NCBI RefSeq assembly: GCF_037042905.1
Contig: NC_087252.1
Span: forward strand, 21,826,001-21,886,000
Origin: Lytechinus pictus
Lineage: Eukaryota
Length of the DNA stretch: 60,000 nucleotides
Reading direction: 5' to 3'
Shown: one piece after another, positions 27,001 through 39,700 of the stretch
Position numbering within the stretch: position 1 is the first letter of the stretch
Layout of the letters: every line of letters starts with the position of its first letter
Position numbers and translations under genes: made by a program
The notes under the pieces: generated by a model
The model's input: the letters and a program-made list of their open reading frames with translations, nothing else
Database searches by the model: none
Told to the model about the DNA's origin: nothing

Positions 27001-28566
27001 GACAAAACGTTAGTATATATTTTTCTGTTGCATAAGTTGTACCCAGTTTATGTATAAATTACTTCCAGAAATTAAAAAAAAAATTCTGGAAGTGTACATG
27101 TATATTGTGTGTGTGATTTATTTTCTGTTCATGTAGTACTGCTTTTAGTACATGAAAATTGTTGTGCGTAATACCTTTGCGGTGCCTCTGAGCTGACAAT
27201 ATCGTCATCATTATCATTGTCATCATTATTGTTATGATCATTATCATTTACCATTAATTCAGGGTCAATGTTAGCTTATGGAAGCAGCAGCAACGGAAGC
27301 AGACGGAACAGTGTGGGTAGTAGCAGTTCGGACGGGTCTTTCTTTGCCGAGACAGACTTCGCCAGTGCTGTAGCGGCAGCAGCACACAATGCTGGCATGT
27401 CCGTATTACAGAGAGATACACCACGTAAGACAGTTTGTACATTATTTGTTTGACCCACACTTGTAAGTTCTGTTACGGAGTCAAATTTGCCTAGGAAAAG
27501 TGCCTCTGATTTTCAATTAATTTGACTCTGAATTTCAATTAATTTTACTCTGAGTAGTGCCAGCTGGGAGTCATTTCCATTCCTAATTATAGTGACTCAG
27601 ATTTTGAATTAATTTGACTCAGAATGGTGTATTAGCTAACTCAGAATCAAATCACTTTGTCTCGAAATAGAGTCGACTCCCAGCTGTCCCATTCTGGCCT
27701 GAATTGGACTCCCCAGACATAAGAATATACAACCTGTTCATTAGCTTTCACACTTATTCTCAATCATATTCAAAATGCGATTTTAATTTCAAATTGGTAC
27801 TTATTTGCAACAGGAAAAAAAAATGGCCAGATCGTTGCATAGTTTGCATTCAGTACCATGACTGGGATTTATCATATAAAGCCTACATATATGTAGTTTG
27901 GCTTTTTTTTTTAGGCAGAAATTTTTAATACACATTGTAAATGACAGATCTTGGGGAATACATCAATGCCATTAATTATTTCCTACATTTGGCAATATAC
28001 TGTATATAGCATTGCTTGAATTTAGGACATCTTCATTTGACAATGCATTGCAGTTCCAATAATTCAATAGTAGTTGCATTATTGTTTAGCATCTGCATGT
28101 CGCAATTGAAAATGCATTTACACTCCAAATACTTTCAAATTAATTTCGAAGGTGTTATGAAATCATCCATTATAAATACAAGCACAATAGTCCCAATTAT
28201 TGTTAGAATATAACCTGTAAATGTGAATAAACAGCTTTAAAGTTATAATAAAAATGCAATGAATAAAAATAGTTGCAAGTATGAATGTTAATAAATAAAA
28301 TTTGAATTTTTACATTATCATTTTAAATAAATAACAAATTGTAAGATAAACTAATGTTAGTAAAATGTAATAAGAACGTTGTCAGAAATAAAGTGCCAAA
28401 GCCACTCTGTAAAGCACTCTATTATATTAATGAAACTTTTAGAAACAAATCCCCCATTGTTGTGAAGAGTTTTGTCTAAAAAATTTACTTATTCCCTGTT
28501 TTTCTCTCTTCTTTTTTTCTTCCAACAGTTTCAAGTCAACATCTGCTTAGAGAAGACACAGTCTGA
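2924..28566 (+). CDS. robo: Roundabout (Robo) axon-guidance receptor, 5'-partial spliced gene (Ig4-Ig5-FN3x3-TM-cytoplasmic CC motifs); 19 coding exons in window
   Basis: Exons with AG/GT boundaries and consistent phases: 2924-3048, 6812-6971, 11384-11543, 13688-13815, 15084-15284, 16111-16326, 16882-16985, 17212-17434, 17996-18292, 19302-19487, 20289-20325, 21278-21372, 21771-21893, 22314-22449, 22901-23301, 23724-24548, 25661-25765, 27263-27424, 28529-28566. Diagnostic motifs: PPIIHIGPSNQTL (Ig5), PEPYASATLV (CC1), NWAEFLPPPPEQPP (CC2), SSDGSFFAETDFASAVAAAA. Ig1-3 would lie upstream of the window. Confidence 0.95.
3082..3200 (+). mobile_element. tRNA-derived SINE (truncated)
   Basis: A-box TGGTCCAGTGG and B-box GTTCAAGTCC; shares the ccatggcgt..ccttcag body with the 15448 copy. 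Confidence 0.7.
6812..6971 (+). CDS. robo: Robo exon, Ig4 C-half
   Basis: PLMFPGDRTEHYEVTNDGRLHLFSVTRENEGYYVCSAMSGRGSVEDSAYLRVL; cag|..|gtaagt. Confidence 0.9.
8811..9124. mobile_element. MITE
   Basis: TIR GTATTCTGAAGTCAGGT..ACCTGACTTCAGAATAC. Confidence 0.75.
10973..11266. mobile_element. MITE (hAT-like CAGGG ends)
   Basis: CAGGGTTCCCACAG..CTGTGGGAACCCTG with internal AGTCATGGAA repeats. Confidence 0.75.
11384..11543 (+). CDS. robo: Robo exon, Ig5 N-half
   Basis: DNLPLPPIIHIGPSNQTLVEGSPAQLDCQAEGRAPPSIDWLKDG; cag|..|gtaggt. Confidence 0.9.
13115..13295. repeat. (ATT)n microsatellite
   Basis: degenerate tta/att repeats. Confidence 0.85.
13688..13815 (+). CDS. robo: Robo exon, Ig5 C-half
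   Basis: VSMDGSGTLKFSSLTPDDAGHYTCSAANSVGATRWSATLQVI; |gtaagt. Confidence 0.9.
15084..15284 (+). CDS. robo: Robo exon, FN3-1 N-half
   Basis: LPQAPGFPIIDNITRTTMRLTW...GYRVEYFTPD; |gtgagt. Confidence 0.9.
15448..15730 (+). mobile_element. tRNA-derived SINE
   Basis: TGGTCTAGTGG..GGTTCGAACCC head, core tgctgcactcgacccaggtg..aatgggtacc, LINE-like tail agcgc..gcgctatataaat. Confidence 0.8.
16111..16326 (+). CDS. robo: Robo exon, FN3-1 C-half
   Basis: WTVAAEKIQGNSFEVRNLESGFTYVFMVRGINGQGYGPPSPVS. Confidence 0.9.
16882..16985 (+). CDS. robo: Robo exon, FN3-2 start
   Basis: AESRDILQDKLDNCGVFIKRVQVLGTQAINVTWQ; phase 1 to 0. Confidence 0.85.
17212..17434 (+). CDS. robo: Robo exon, FN3-2
   Basis: IVRNGDYIDGYY...GLQPWTEYAITIQPY...KTAQD. 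Confidence 0.9.
17996..18292 (+). CDS. robo: Robo exon, FN3-3
   Basis: PKAPPNSIKARQNGSTSIKVSWRPP...NLRPGAQYGVKVAAYTIAGMGPFS. Confidence 0.9.
18354..18799. mobile_element. MITE
   Basis: CAGACCTGCCAACC..GGTTGGCAGGTCTG; flanking direct repeat CTACAT. Confidence 0.8.
19070..19290. repeat. (CAY)n microsatellite
   Basis: cat/cac repeats immediately upstream of the TM exon. Confidence 0.85.
19302..19487 (+). CDS. robo: Robo transmembrane exon
   Basis: EPWFYAAVALALLFVITSIFLLFWRRHKKK: hydrophobic helix followed by a basic stop-transfer. Confidence 0.9.
20289..20325 (+). CDS. robo: Robo small cytoplasmic exon (37 nt)
   Basis: tgcag|TTATAATAAGC..AATAT|gtaagt; needed for phase continuity. Confidence 0.75.
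20581..21046. mobile_element. MITE (Harbinger-like)
   Basis: GCTTTTCACA..TGTGAAAAGC ends; internal cttagccc/ggggttaag repeats. Confidence 0.65.
21278..21372 (+). CDS. robo: Robo cytoplasmic exon
   Basis: NARPTQLNGNAHTEGEATWTSNGPPHSHNHQ; phase 2 to 1. Confidence 0.75.
21771..21893 (+). CDS. robo: Robo cytoplasmic exon
   Basis: CMGNCCTGNGSSGDDTLEKNKPPPSKWPNGAPPVWLQEVY; |gtaagt. Confidence 0.75.
22314..22449 (+). CDS. robo: Robo cytoplasmic exon
   Basis: PKYPSHLQSQVSKETHLTHDSQSSSGFGSSFPTLSTFHGMMMHP; |gtaagt. Confidence 0.8.
22362..22776 (+). repeat. Tandem triplication (about 146-bp unit) of a Robo exon 3' half plus donor region
   Basis: copies start at 22362, 22507 and 22655. Confidence 0.9.
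22901..23301 (+). CDS. robo: Robo cytoplasmic exon with CC0-like and CC1 motifs
   Basis: SPEYAVV (CC0-like) and PEPYASATLV (CC1). Confidence 0.9.
23724..24548 (+). CDS. robo: Robo cytoplasmic exon with CC2 (Ena/VASP-binding LPPPP)
   Basis: NWAEFLPPPPEQPP plus a Pro-rich region; the 3' donor (gtacaa) is weaker. Confidence 0.85.
24699..25209. mobile_element. Tc1/mariner-like MITE
   Basis: TA|CAGTGCGTCCCA..TGGGACGCACT(T)|TA. Confidence 0.75.
25661..25765 (+). CDS. robo: Robo cytoplasmic exon
   Basis: polypyrimidine-cag|..SNSAVHPSLGEIETTELNSLDSKDRDMETASNCT|gtgagt. Confidence 0.8.
26265..26620 (+). mobile_element. L2/CR1 LINE 3' end fragment
   Basis: encodes SAPVLWNSLPLNIRTAPS..FKSMLKTHLF (frameshifted), then gtaaagcacatag..tgtgctatataaat tail. 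Confidence 0.7.
27263..27424 (+). CDS. robo: Robo exon with conserved SSDGSFF..DFA.AVAAAA motif
   Basis: GSSSSDGSFFAETDFASAVAAAAHNAGM resembles the conserved distal motif of vertebrate Robo1/2. Confidence 0.88.
28529..28566 (+). CDS. robo: Robo probable terminal coding exon (LSSQHLLREDTV*), followed by a long 3' UTR
   Basis: strong polypyrimidine acceptor ttttttcttccaacag|; in phase with donor at 27425; AATAAA signals near 28651 and 32164-32178. Confidence 0.65.
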
Positions 28567-30078
28567 TTAAAGAAAAGAAAGATGGAAAATATTGTACTTT
28601 GATCAGAGTTTGAGAGGTGGAAGAAAAAAAAACTACAGTACATTTAGATAAATAAAGTTTGTAAATGGCAAGTTTATATTATTAAATAGTGTACATAAAA
28701 CATGAATTATAACAAAAATATGAATGAATTTGTCAATGACAATCGCTTTTTTATTTTCATTTTTTTTCTGTCACAAAAAAACAGCTGTGCCTGCTTTGCT
28801 ATTATTGTTTTCTGATGTATTTATTTGCATATTATATGTTTCAGTTGCCATGGTTTATTTAGAATTGGGCACTTTGTCAGAGCAGCGTGTTTTCCGCAGG
28901 AATCCTACAAGCGGCTTCTCGTTACCAATCCCACACTTATCATAGACAAATAACGGGGAACACGGGAAGCCGCTATGAAAGACGCATGATGCCTGTATAT
29001 TGGGTTCCTGCTGAACAGCACAAGAGTTTGACAATTTGCTTTGATATAATTTGACCATTACCAAAGTGGTCAAGAAAGGTTTAGTTTGTTTGCAAGGCTT
29101 GTATTTTTCCAAGGGAAAATGTCGAGTTGAAGGAACGAAGAATGTGATTTTGAAGTGGGTTTACATATCTCGTTGATAAACATTACAGAGCAGAGATAAA
29201 GAATGATTCACTAGTAAATCTAAATGTGCTTGATATAGAAATATTTTCATATTCTAATTTTAAAATCAAAATCAACAGATCAGAATTAAAGTCTTAAGCA
29301 TTTATTTTCAAATGTGAATTTCTATTGTTTAGATTCAGGGGTATATAGTTATTCAGTGATTCCACTTGTTTCAGTATTGACATTACATATATGTTTAAGT
29401 TTATAATAATAATGGGATTTGTATAGCGCAAGTATCCACCTTGCTAGGTGCTCAAGGCGCTCAACATGTTGATGAAGATAACTCTTTAGTAACTCTTATT
29501 TGATTGGTCAGTGGCATTTGTTATGGTTTTTTTTACAAACTGATAATTATCAATTTATATTCAATGCTAAAGTGTAGATGCAAATGATACCAGCTGTAAA
29601 TAAAAAAAATATAAGAAAAGTTAAGATTTTTATTGAAGGGTCAACTGATTGCATCTAAAAAAATTCCCTTATGTAATTTGGGACAAGACAAAAGATATTT
29701 TTAATTTTGTATTTATAAATAAGATATATATTGATTAAATAAGGTAAAAAGAGGGGAAATTTTGTAAGTAATTCAGTATTGAATTATGTCATATCTGAAC
29801 AGATTTTTACTTTCCTTTTGTTTAATCTGTAGAAAATAATATATTTACTTTTATTTTATGAGCTTGATGTCACCAATGCAATAAAACTACTTTAGATATA
29901 TAACATCGTACAGATGACAAACTAGCATATAAGCGTGTATAGAGCAATACAAGCACAGAAAAATTTGATATTTATGATAATTATCATAGCCTAAGTAAAA
30001 GTCATACACTTCAAATTGATAGATATTTCTTCATAAACCTTTTGTGCATAATACATTTATATCAAGAATACGACTCCT

Positions 30079-30516
30079 GGGCCCCTGTCTTACAAAGATT
30101 TGCGATTGATCCAATCAACCTCAACTATGGAAAGCCAGCAACGCCCACATCTAAAATGCATGTTTGTTCAAACAAAAATTGAGATTTTTTTTTTTTTTTG
30201 ACAATTTTTGGTGTGTTCGTTTTTGTTTACAAAGGACGTATGCAAATTTGCTGTAGAAAAAAATTGTGACACCGATGGATTTCCATAGAGTTATGATTGA
30301 TATGATTGATCCGATCAACCTCAACTGTATGGAAATCAATCAATGTCAGTATTTTCTACACAAAATTTTAACAGTGTCCTTTGTTAACAAAGAGAAGCAT
30401 ACCGAATTTTAAAGAAAACAATGAATGAACAAAACATGCAATTTAGATGTTGACGTTGCTGGCTTTCCATAGTTGTGGTTGATCAAATCAATTGTAACTC
30501 TTCATAAGACGGGCCT
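30079..30516. mobile_element. MITE (related decayed copy at 52355-52660)
   Basis: GGCCC..TCTTACAAAG / CTTCATAAGACGGGCC with an internal inverted aactatggaaagccagcaacg block. Confidence 0.65.
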
Positions 30517-32672
30517 GGACTCTAGCCATTACACTAATCTTTGCATTCAATCTCTAGCTGTCCAGTCAGGATCATTGTTGCATGCATAGTTTATTCAAAA
30601 TACAGAGCAGGAACCAATCAGGAGTGCTCTTTCATATTTGTGCTCCCATGCCCAGGTTTGCCACTAATAATAATCAGGATAATATATCCTTATATAGAAC
30701 ATACTATATAGTCAGCTAACATCTCTTTGCGTTCCCAATAATAATTTTTTTTTCTGATTTGCTATCAAATGCAAGATAATTAGAGATTGATGTTGGCAAA
30801 GTTGTGTCAAGTGTGGAGAGCCGACAGTTATGGAGAAAAAAAATTATTGTTTTGTGGTTTTATTTGAGTTTACCATTTTTGTAACAATAACTAGCATCAG
30901 CAATATGTTTTTGTGAAGTTCGACATGGCAACTTATGGTTAAATGGAATATTCTAACAAAAGGGTGAGTCACGATTTTTATAGTGTCATAGTATTAGGAG
31001 TGTACGTTTGGAGGTTGCGTTCTGGTAGGAAAGACAAATATGGCGACTATCAATTCTGCATTAAGTTAATTTTGCATTTTATATTGAAGAATTTTACAGG
31101 TGCATGGAATTCCTTTTATCGAGACACTTCAAAATTATTGATTTGGAATTTCATACATCATTTGGAGAATAGTTTGTTTACTTTGTATATTACTGCTGTA
31201 AACCAAAGGATTTTAGAAGCTAAATTCCAGTCAGAAATGTCAAAAATATGTTGTGGATAAACAATCAAAGCTCAAACCTGGGGCCATTTCATCAACATCT
31301 GTCATCTGCCACGTCAGATCCAACAACCTCTTGATTTTGATTGGCCAGAAAGCGCAGTTCCCATGGTAACTGTTGGATTAAACAGACTTTGCTGGATAAA
31401 ACATCTTACAAGTCTTTGCAATGCCCTATTTTTTCAAAACTGGTCAAAGTACCCCATGTACCATATCTAGGGTAACATTGAACAGAAATATGCAATCTGT
31501 GTTGGTGTCACTGGCATATATTTGTGCTTGATCAAATCAATCTTAATTTTTGTGAGAAAGGCCCCTATACTCATTGCTATATGAGGTGCCCTAGTTGTAA
31601 ATCCACTTATTTCTGAAGAGCTACAAGGTGTAAGTCCTTGCCTGACATACACCATTGTTCATCAAAATATCAAATGACTGGTTTTTATGCCTTTGAACTA
31701 GAGTTGATTCTTTTTTTCCACTAGATTCCATATGATTACCACCGTTCAGAGTTTAAAATAGATATTTATGGATATTATATTAATTCTACAAAATATTGGA
31801 GGATGAAAGGTTATGGAGGCAGTTTATATTTATGTGAGTTGTATTTTTTTTGGTTCTTGCAAACAGATGTGCATACTTTTGTTATTGTTGCATTGTGCGG
31901 ATTAAGACGCTTTATGCCCACATTTGGAAATGGGAAAGACAGTTGCACTTATGTGATTTAAAGAGCGTGTTTGCTCAGATGAGAATATTTTTGTGTTTTC
32001 TTTTTTTTTGTACATGAAAAATGTTGTTGAGTTGATTTATACTTAAGTGCAGTGATGTTTATGGACATAGCTTGTAAAAACGAAAATACTGAGATTTATA
32101 ACTATTGGCTTGTAAGATGATTAAATCGCCCTGTTTATCTTAAACTATGTACAGGCTAAGGAAAATAAAATAAATAAAAACTTGTTTCTATTGTATTAGA
32201 AAGTTTTGGAGGATATTTACTTGTGTCTAATGGGGGGGGGGGGAGAGGAGAGGGGGAGAGAAAAGGAGAGGGGGAAGAAGGGGAGCGGAAAAGAGAGAGA
32301 GGGTGGAGTAAAGAGAGAGGGAGAAGGAGAAAGATAGAGAAAGAGGGGGAATTAAAGATTGAGAAAGGAAGAGAGAGAGGGAGGGAGAAGGGCTGGGGGG
32401 GAGGGGAAGCAGGAGAGGGCAGAGTTGAAGAACATGAAATTTCATAAACCTTTCATAACTTACTCAAACCTTTACATATGACTGGTGAGCCTTTAAAGCT
32501 CTGGTGTTGCATCTGCATCAGATTGATTATCGCTCACTTCCTTTCCCATCAAATTGAAATCCGATCCTTGAATTTTTTTTTTCTTAATAAGGGTTATTTA
32601 AATTGCCCTCCTGTTGTGTAATAATAACATGGAAATTTAACATAAGAAATGGTCACCAGTCTTGTATGACAA

Positions 32673-32834
32673 TGGCCCTATTGCATAAAAGTTACTTTTT
32701 ATGGTAACTTTGCCATCCAATGGTATCTTGCATGAAATCCATGATTTTGATCGACTGTAAAGCGTTGTTACAGTGGTAGTTACCATTGGAAGGTAAAGGA
32801 ACCATAATGTAGTAACTTTTATGCAACAGAGCCC
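32673..32834. mobile_element. MITE (related copies at 11643-11797, 53084-53230, 54890-55037)
   Basis: TTGCATAAAAGTTAC..GTAACTTTTATGCAA inverted ends. Confidence 0.65.
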
Positions 32835-33624
32835 CGGTGGGTGCTATTAAATAAAGATGTTTGTATGTTACGAGAGACTTTAAGAACGACTGGTGATAAC
32901 AATTTGAAGTGAATTATGCGCATCAAATTTTCGTTGGTGTGGATTTAGCCCCCCAAAAGAATTGTCAGTCGTTTGTAAAGTCCCTCGCAACTTTTGAACA
33001 GCTTTATGAAACACCCACCAGACTGCTTTACGAAATGGCCCCCAGTTGCAAGGATTTCTTGAAACTTCAAATGACAGTTTATGAACGAAAGTCCTTAATA
33101 TGGCACATTTTCAGGTCAGAATATAAAAAAAAAAAAAAAATCAGCTAGCGCTCGCATTACTGATTTAGTCCTCGCAAAGTAATTAGTCTTGTTGCAAAAA
33201 TAAAGCTAAGTTCTACTTAAAACTTTAGACAAGGACTAATATATAACAGCTTTTTAATAGATCTTCCAGCTGCCAGCTAGTTTACTCCCTCACTGAGAAC
33301 AATCTTGGTGCCAGTCTCCCCCCCCCCCCCCGCCCGCCATGAATTCCGATTGACACCCATGATCTTCCAAAGGGCTCAAGTGGGTTGACTTACTTATAAC
33401 TAAAAAAGAGACTTTTTTCATTTTTCTTTTTCTTTTCTCATGAATGGATTCATTTGAGTTAGTCAGCCCACACCTTGAAACATCCATATAAAGCGCCCTA
33501 TAAATGTTATAATCATTAATAATAAGAGAGTAATAATAACAAATGTTTAAAAGAGAGTATCATCATCATGGAGGACATACCAAATTCGTCTTGAACCTTG
33601 TATACATCTTCCAGCACCAGAGAT

Positions 33625-33767
33625 CTAACCACAGAGCCACGCTCCATGGAACATGGTGACGATGATGGCAACAAGACAGTATGTGAGGATTGGTGAACCA
33701 TATCCTTGATGACAGGAATGCGATGACAAAGCGATGGCAGTCGGGATCTCAGAATTCACATGTTCTT
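33625..33767 (-). CDS. IgSF gene terminal exon (GPI-signal-like tail)
   Basis: EHVNSEIPTAIALSSHSCHQGYGSPILTYCLVAIIVTMFHGAWLCG*. Confidence 0.72.
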
Positions 33768-36700
33768 CTAAAAAGCAGAAGGTATAGATAGAAAAAAAAG
33801 GTAAATTAAAAATTCGTCCACTGCCAACTCATCCACTCACCACATGGTCTACTTTCATTTAGTCTAATGCCATTCCGTCTAACAACCATTTGGTCTATTT
33901 TGTCCAATCATCACTTCGTCTAATCACCATTTTGTCTATGACCATTTCGTCTCATAACCACTTGGTCTAATATCCATTTCATTTTCATTCATTTTGCACA
34001 ATTTCGGTAAAGGTTCGGTAAACTTCATTGAAACTTTTAAAAAGAAACGTTCATTTTTATAATCAATTATACAGTTGAGGCCAGAAGCATACGTATACCC
34101 AGGAAATTAAAAAAACAGTTGACACTTGCCAAACGTAAAATTTACTGTATCTCATAAAATATTTGTGCTATCATGACGAATTTGAAATCAAACAAATGAG
34201 TATGTCATGCCCCTTGATCACATTGCTTTGTCATCAGGAGCTGAAAAATATTTAGGTGTCATTTTTCCCCAAAAATCTTCATATTTTAGACAAATTAAAA
34301 ATAAAACTTGACAAAAACATTACATATTTGTGGTCATTACTTCTAAGCACAAACATTTCAGATACACTTTTCGTTCAGTGGTGACATATGATAGAAAATG
34401 CAGTATAAATCATAAATTTGACACTTAAGATATTTCTATGAAACGATGATTGAAAATATAATAAAGAATAGAATACATCTGGCACGAATTTTCCTTTTTT
34501 TTCTTCAAAGAAAATTTCACCCGAAATATACTTTAATCCCAACGGCATCCCAATCATGTGAAAGAGCTTAATACGCTCTTTCGTTTGATACCAAGTTCGT
34601 CATGGTAGTTTTTACATTTTTGAAGATGAAAATAAGAAATTTTAAAGTAAAATTTATGATTTTTTTTACGATTTACGATTTTTTTCACTGAATTCCATGG
34701 GTGTATGTAAACTTTTGGCCTTAACTGTAGTGTCCACAGGGGCAGCGCCTTAGTATTTTGATGTGGGGTTGGTGGTGTCCTTTCCCAATCTCTTTTGCAA
34801 TACTTGAAAAATCATAGCTTCCCCCACCCCCTCCATCCCTGTAGCGAAGCCCCTGTCTTCAATAATTTAAATCACCAATATTTTCTATTAGAAAGTGTTA
34901 ATCGTAATTTGACTTGTGCAATCTGCTACTCATAAACCCATAAAACTTACCGCCCTTTCTCTTGTCAGTAGTAGAATCCTCATCGGTTGATGCGTCCGCT
35001 GATTGTTTGAACCGAGAAAGAAAAAAATATATGAAATAATTAAAAAAAATTATATGACATTTTGTTTAATTGGTCATATCCATTTGAAAAACCATATAGA
35101 TTCACGTGCATCCCAGGTAGACTTTGAAAAGATGGAAAGGGGTAAATTATCCCTTAAGAGGGCCGAGGAGTTGGAGCGATTTTTATAAGGGGGGGGGGGG
35201 GGTGACTGTCACTCTGTCGCTTTTCCACAAGTTTCACCTTCTGCATCTTTAGAGTGTATCACATACGTAGCTATGTGTTAAATATCCACTTTGAATAGCG
35301 CCAGCTTGCGTCTTGTACTGCCCAAACAGTTTTCATATACCCAGAGTACATTTCGCTGATGATTATAGTCTTGCAATACATAATCTGTAGAATAATACCA
35401 TTATATCTTTATTTTTTTACAACATTCCTGCAATAAACATGATGCTAAGGAGAGAAGAAAAAAACGCACATTGTCTCCAAATATTTTTGCGTAAAGATCA
35501 ACTAACCAACATAATTTATACAAATTTTTAAAACATTTTTATTAGTTTATCAAATCTTTGAAGTCCGTCTTCCAGCATTGGTTTCTATTTGAGACTCCAC
35601 ACTGTACAATATCCCACTTTATAGGAAAAACTCCCTTAAGTTTTACTGCATGCGCAAATTGCATCTCTATTTATGAAAAACCGTACAATTGATCCAAGAA
35701 TAGCAATGTCTTTCAATAAACACATGTTCATAGGCAAAAGCATACGCATCTACAATAGAACTAAACGTGACAAGAATTGAAAGGGCGGGTATTGCTTACA
35801 TAGAGATGTGTTGAAAACAAGTCTAGCGCCCTCTCCGTTGCCTAACGAATTCCTTCCAAACAGGACAAGCTCGTAGGTTGTCCCTGCGTAGAGATCTCGA
35901 AGGACGTGTGATATGTCTTCAGAACCAGAAGAGACTGGAACCACCCCTTGGTACCATTGAGAATGGGTTTGGTTTCCGAAGATGACGTCGGTATTCTGTT
36001 ACATTTGGAGGACAAAATGATTTTTAGTCACTATTCGAAAAGGTTAAATAGGCATCTCGGAGCATGCCATGTACATAGTAAAAAAAAAAGCACGTTGTTT
36101 AAGCCTGTCACTCTAACAAGTTGTTTAAACTTTATTTTGAAATTGTTTAGACTTTTTAAACAGCTTGTTAAAAGGTTTAAACAGTTGTTTTAAAAAGTTT
36201 ACACAGTAGTTGTTAGAGTGACGGGCTAAAACAACGTTCTTAAAATTTTAAACAGCATCTCTACAGTGTAGATCTTGACATAATCCTTGTCCATTTACAG
36301 GTTATTTTGATTGAGGGAGGGGCTTACGACCCGAAGACGGCGTCCTTTTTTCCATTGAAATGATAGTCTATCAGAGACTTACTAGAGCCAGGCCTTTCTA
36401 CAAAAAACTTTCAGCTTATCAAAACAAGTTTTTTAAGAGTTCAAAGGTCACCATCTTAAAAAAAATGGATTAATGCAATAAATAAAAAAAAATAATATAT
36501 AAATAAATATATAAATAAACAATGAAATAAACAACTTGATAAATAATTAAAAGAATAAATATATATATAAGCAAACTAATTAATTATATCTAAAAAAATT
36601 TTTTTTTTAATGGCAGCAGAAAAGATGTAAAAATGTTACCACCATAGAAGCAAATAAAGAAAAAATAGGGCAAGTGACCTTGGGGCAAGTTCGACTGACC

Positions 36701-39700
36701 CCCTGGATCTGCCCCTGAATATGTTAGACATACCGGCCTATGCAGAGGGCGATAGGACACAATAAATTCGTCGATGCTCAGATATGTGCCGTATGTTGTG
36801 ACGATATTTGGAGACCATACAAGCTCGTATGCATGGCGACGTAGCCCGGTCACTGAGCTGAGGATTGTCGGTCTCATAGGCTTCCCTGGAATTGAAATAA
36901 TGATAATAATAACATCCTGTTTTAACTAGGGTAGCCACTTGAATTCCGAAAACTGTTCTCCCAGCAGGCCCTGCTCAACAATGACCCCCCGATTTCACAC
37001 GGCTACCTTGAATACTGAAAATGAATGATCACATTAAGATAAGCTTGATAATTATATATAAAAATATATATAGTTTTAATGACAGCAAAAAAGATGTAAA
37101 AATGTTACAATAGTTGATAAGATTGCCAGCGGAATCGACAAGTTTCAACATACTGTTGGGGTGTTCCTGGACTTCTCCAAGGCTTTTGATACCATTAATC
37201 ATGAAATTTTATTACACAAACTTAATTACAATGGAGTCAGGGGAATAGCCTTGGAGTGGTTCAGGAACTACCTAGACAATAGAAAACAATTTGTCTCTGT
37301 AGAAACTTTTAACTCCGACACAAAACTTGTTACTTGTGGGGTTCCGCAAGGCTCTTATTTTGGGTCCCCTACTTTTTCTTATATACATAAATGATTTTTG
37401 TAAGTCCTCCAATAATTTATCCTTTATTCTGTTTGCTGACGATTCTAATATTTTTTCTCCCATAAGGATCCACGCCATTTGCTTGCCATCATTAATCACG
37501 AACTAGTACATGTTTCTGAATGGATCAAAGCTAATAAACTATCCCTGAATCTCCAAAAAACAAATTATATGCTCTTTAGTAATATCATAGATGAACTTCC
37601 AGGTAATATCAATTTCGAAAATACTAATTTACAAAGAGTTGGCAGTACTAAATTTCTTGGGGTAACTATTGATAATAATCTTTCCTGGAAAGAACACGTA
37701 GATCACATTTGTAAACTTATTTCGAGAAATATTGGTATTATAAACAAAGTAAAATTTTTCTTCCCCACTCATATACTACTTAATTTGTATTCAACTTTGA
37801 TCCTGCCTCATTTAAACTTCGGTATAACGGCATGGGGGAATTGTGCTGACTGCCTCCTGAACAAAATTTTACTTTTGCAGAAAAAGTTTATTCGTATTAT
37901 TTGTCTTGCAGATTTTCGTTCACACACTGACGAATTTTTCTATAAATATAATATTTTGAAGATTGGTGACTTGTATCAATACAATCTCGGAAAACTCACG
38001 TATAGTTCAGATAAAAATGAACTTCCACATATTTTTTATTCCATGTTTACTAAAAATGTCGATATTCATCATTATCCTACTAGGTCCGCCGGGCTCTTTT
38101 ATCCACCAAGAGCTAGAACCATCCTTTTGAATTAAACATTTATTTTTACAGGTATCAAACTTTGGAACTCCCTTATAGAATCATTACGTAACAAACCAAC
38201 ACATTTAAGTTTCAGTAGAGGGTTAAAAAAATTATTATCCTTGGGTATAAACCCCAGAACTCTATGAGGCGCCGAATGTACCAATATTATATAGAACAAT
38301 TATTTGTTATATAATCATTATTTATTAAATAATAACTATTATTTATATATAATTTACATTTTATTTGTAAATAACTACTATTATATAAAATATCATTTCT
38401 AATTATTTATATATAATTCCAAGTAATACTTCATTATTTGTAAATAATAATAGTTCGACATTCCATTATTTATAAATAATGATTATTTGTTTTTCATTAT
38501 TTATAAATAATGATTATTTGTTTTTCATTATTTATAAATAATGATTATTTGTTTTTCATTATTTATAAATAATGATTATTTGTTTTTCATTATTTATAAA
38601 TAATGATTATTTGTTTTTCATTATTTATAAATAATGATTATTTGTTTTTCATTATTTACAAATAATGATTATTTGTTTTTCATTATTTATAAATAATGAT
38701 TATTTGTTTTTCATTATTTATAAATAATTTGTTGAGTTTTCCATTATTTATAAATAATGATTATTTGTTAAATAATGAAAACGTCTACTTCATTATTTAT
38801 AAATAATTTTTTCGAGTGCACCATTATTCTCATTATTTATAAATAATCATTATTTAATGTTCGAGTTTTCCATTATTTATAAATAAAGATTATTTGTTAA
38901 ATAATGAAATATCTACTTCATTATTTATAAATAATAATTTTGTTTCAATATCCCATTATTTATAAATAATCATTATTTATAAACAATTTTTACAGTTTGC
39001 CATTATATACAAATAATCATTATTTATATACAAATAACCATTATTTATTAAATAATGCCATTATTTATTAAATAATGCCATTATTTATTAAATAATGGAA
39101 AACTCGCTATAACATGCAAATGTGGGACCGCCCATGATATGAATATTCATGATGCGATTTCCTTTTTCGTGATTTTTCTTCACAAATTTTTGTCCATTTC
39201 CTCTTCATAATGACATTTCTTGAAGCAATTTTCTAGGGATATGGTCTGATTGTAATATTCTTTATTTTCTATATAACTTCGTCTTCGTAGAAATATCAAA
39301 AAGTGTAATTTTATACGATTTTTCCTACAGTTCACAATCCCCATAGGCGCGCGTGTACGGTAGGGACAACCGGTGAATCGACGGAGTGCTCTTCATCGAA
39401 ATACTACGTTGGTTGGTCCCCGGAAGTGGCGGGCGGAATTTAGCCCGAATCCTCGATGGAAGTCGATCAAGTGCATATGAGCTGAGAGAGTGAAATATCA
39501 GTGTACTTGTACAGGCCCTTCTACTTTTTATAAATATTTCTTGTTGCTTTTTTTGTTAAGTTAATTTTTCCTGGTGTAGAGATAAGTTTCAGTTCTAATA
39601 ATGCACTTCAAATACATTTTGGAGTGTCTGTTTGAGGCGTTTGGGGCGATTTCACCCTGGCCCCAAAATGCTCGCAACGACAATACGGGGGCATGATGAC

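Noticed and set aside
38460..38730. CRISPR-like array
   Set aside because: Head-to-tail 31-bp tandem with no unique spacers, in eukaryotic context.
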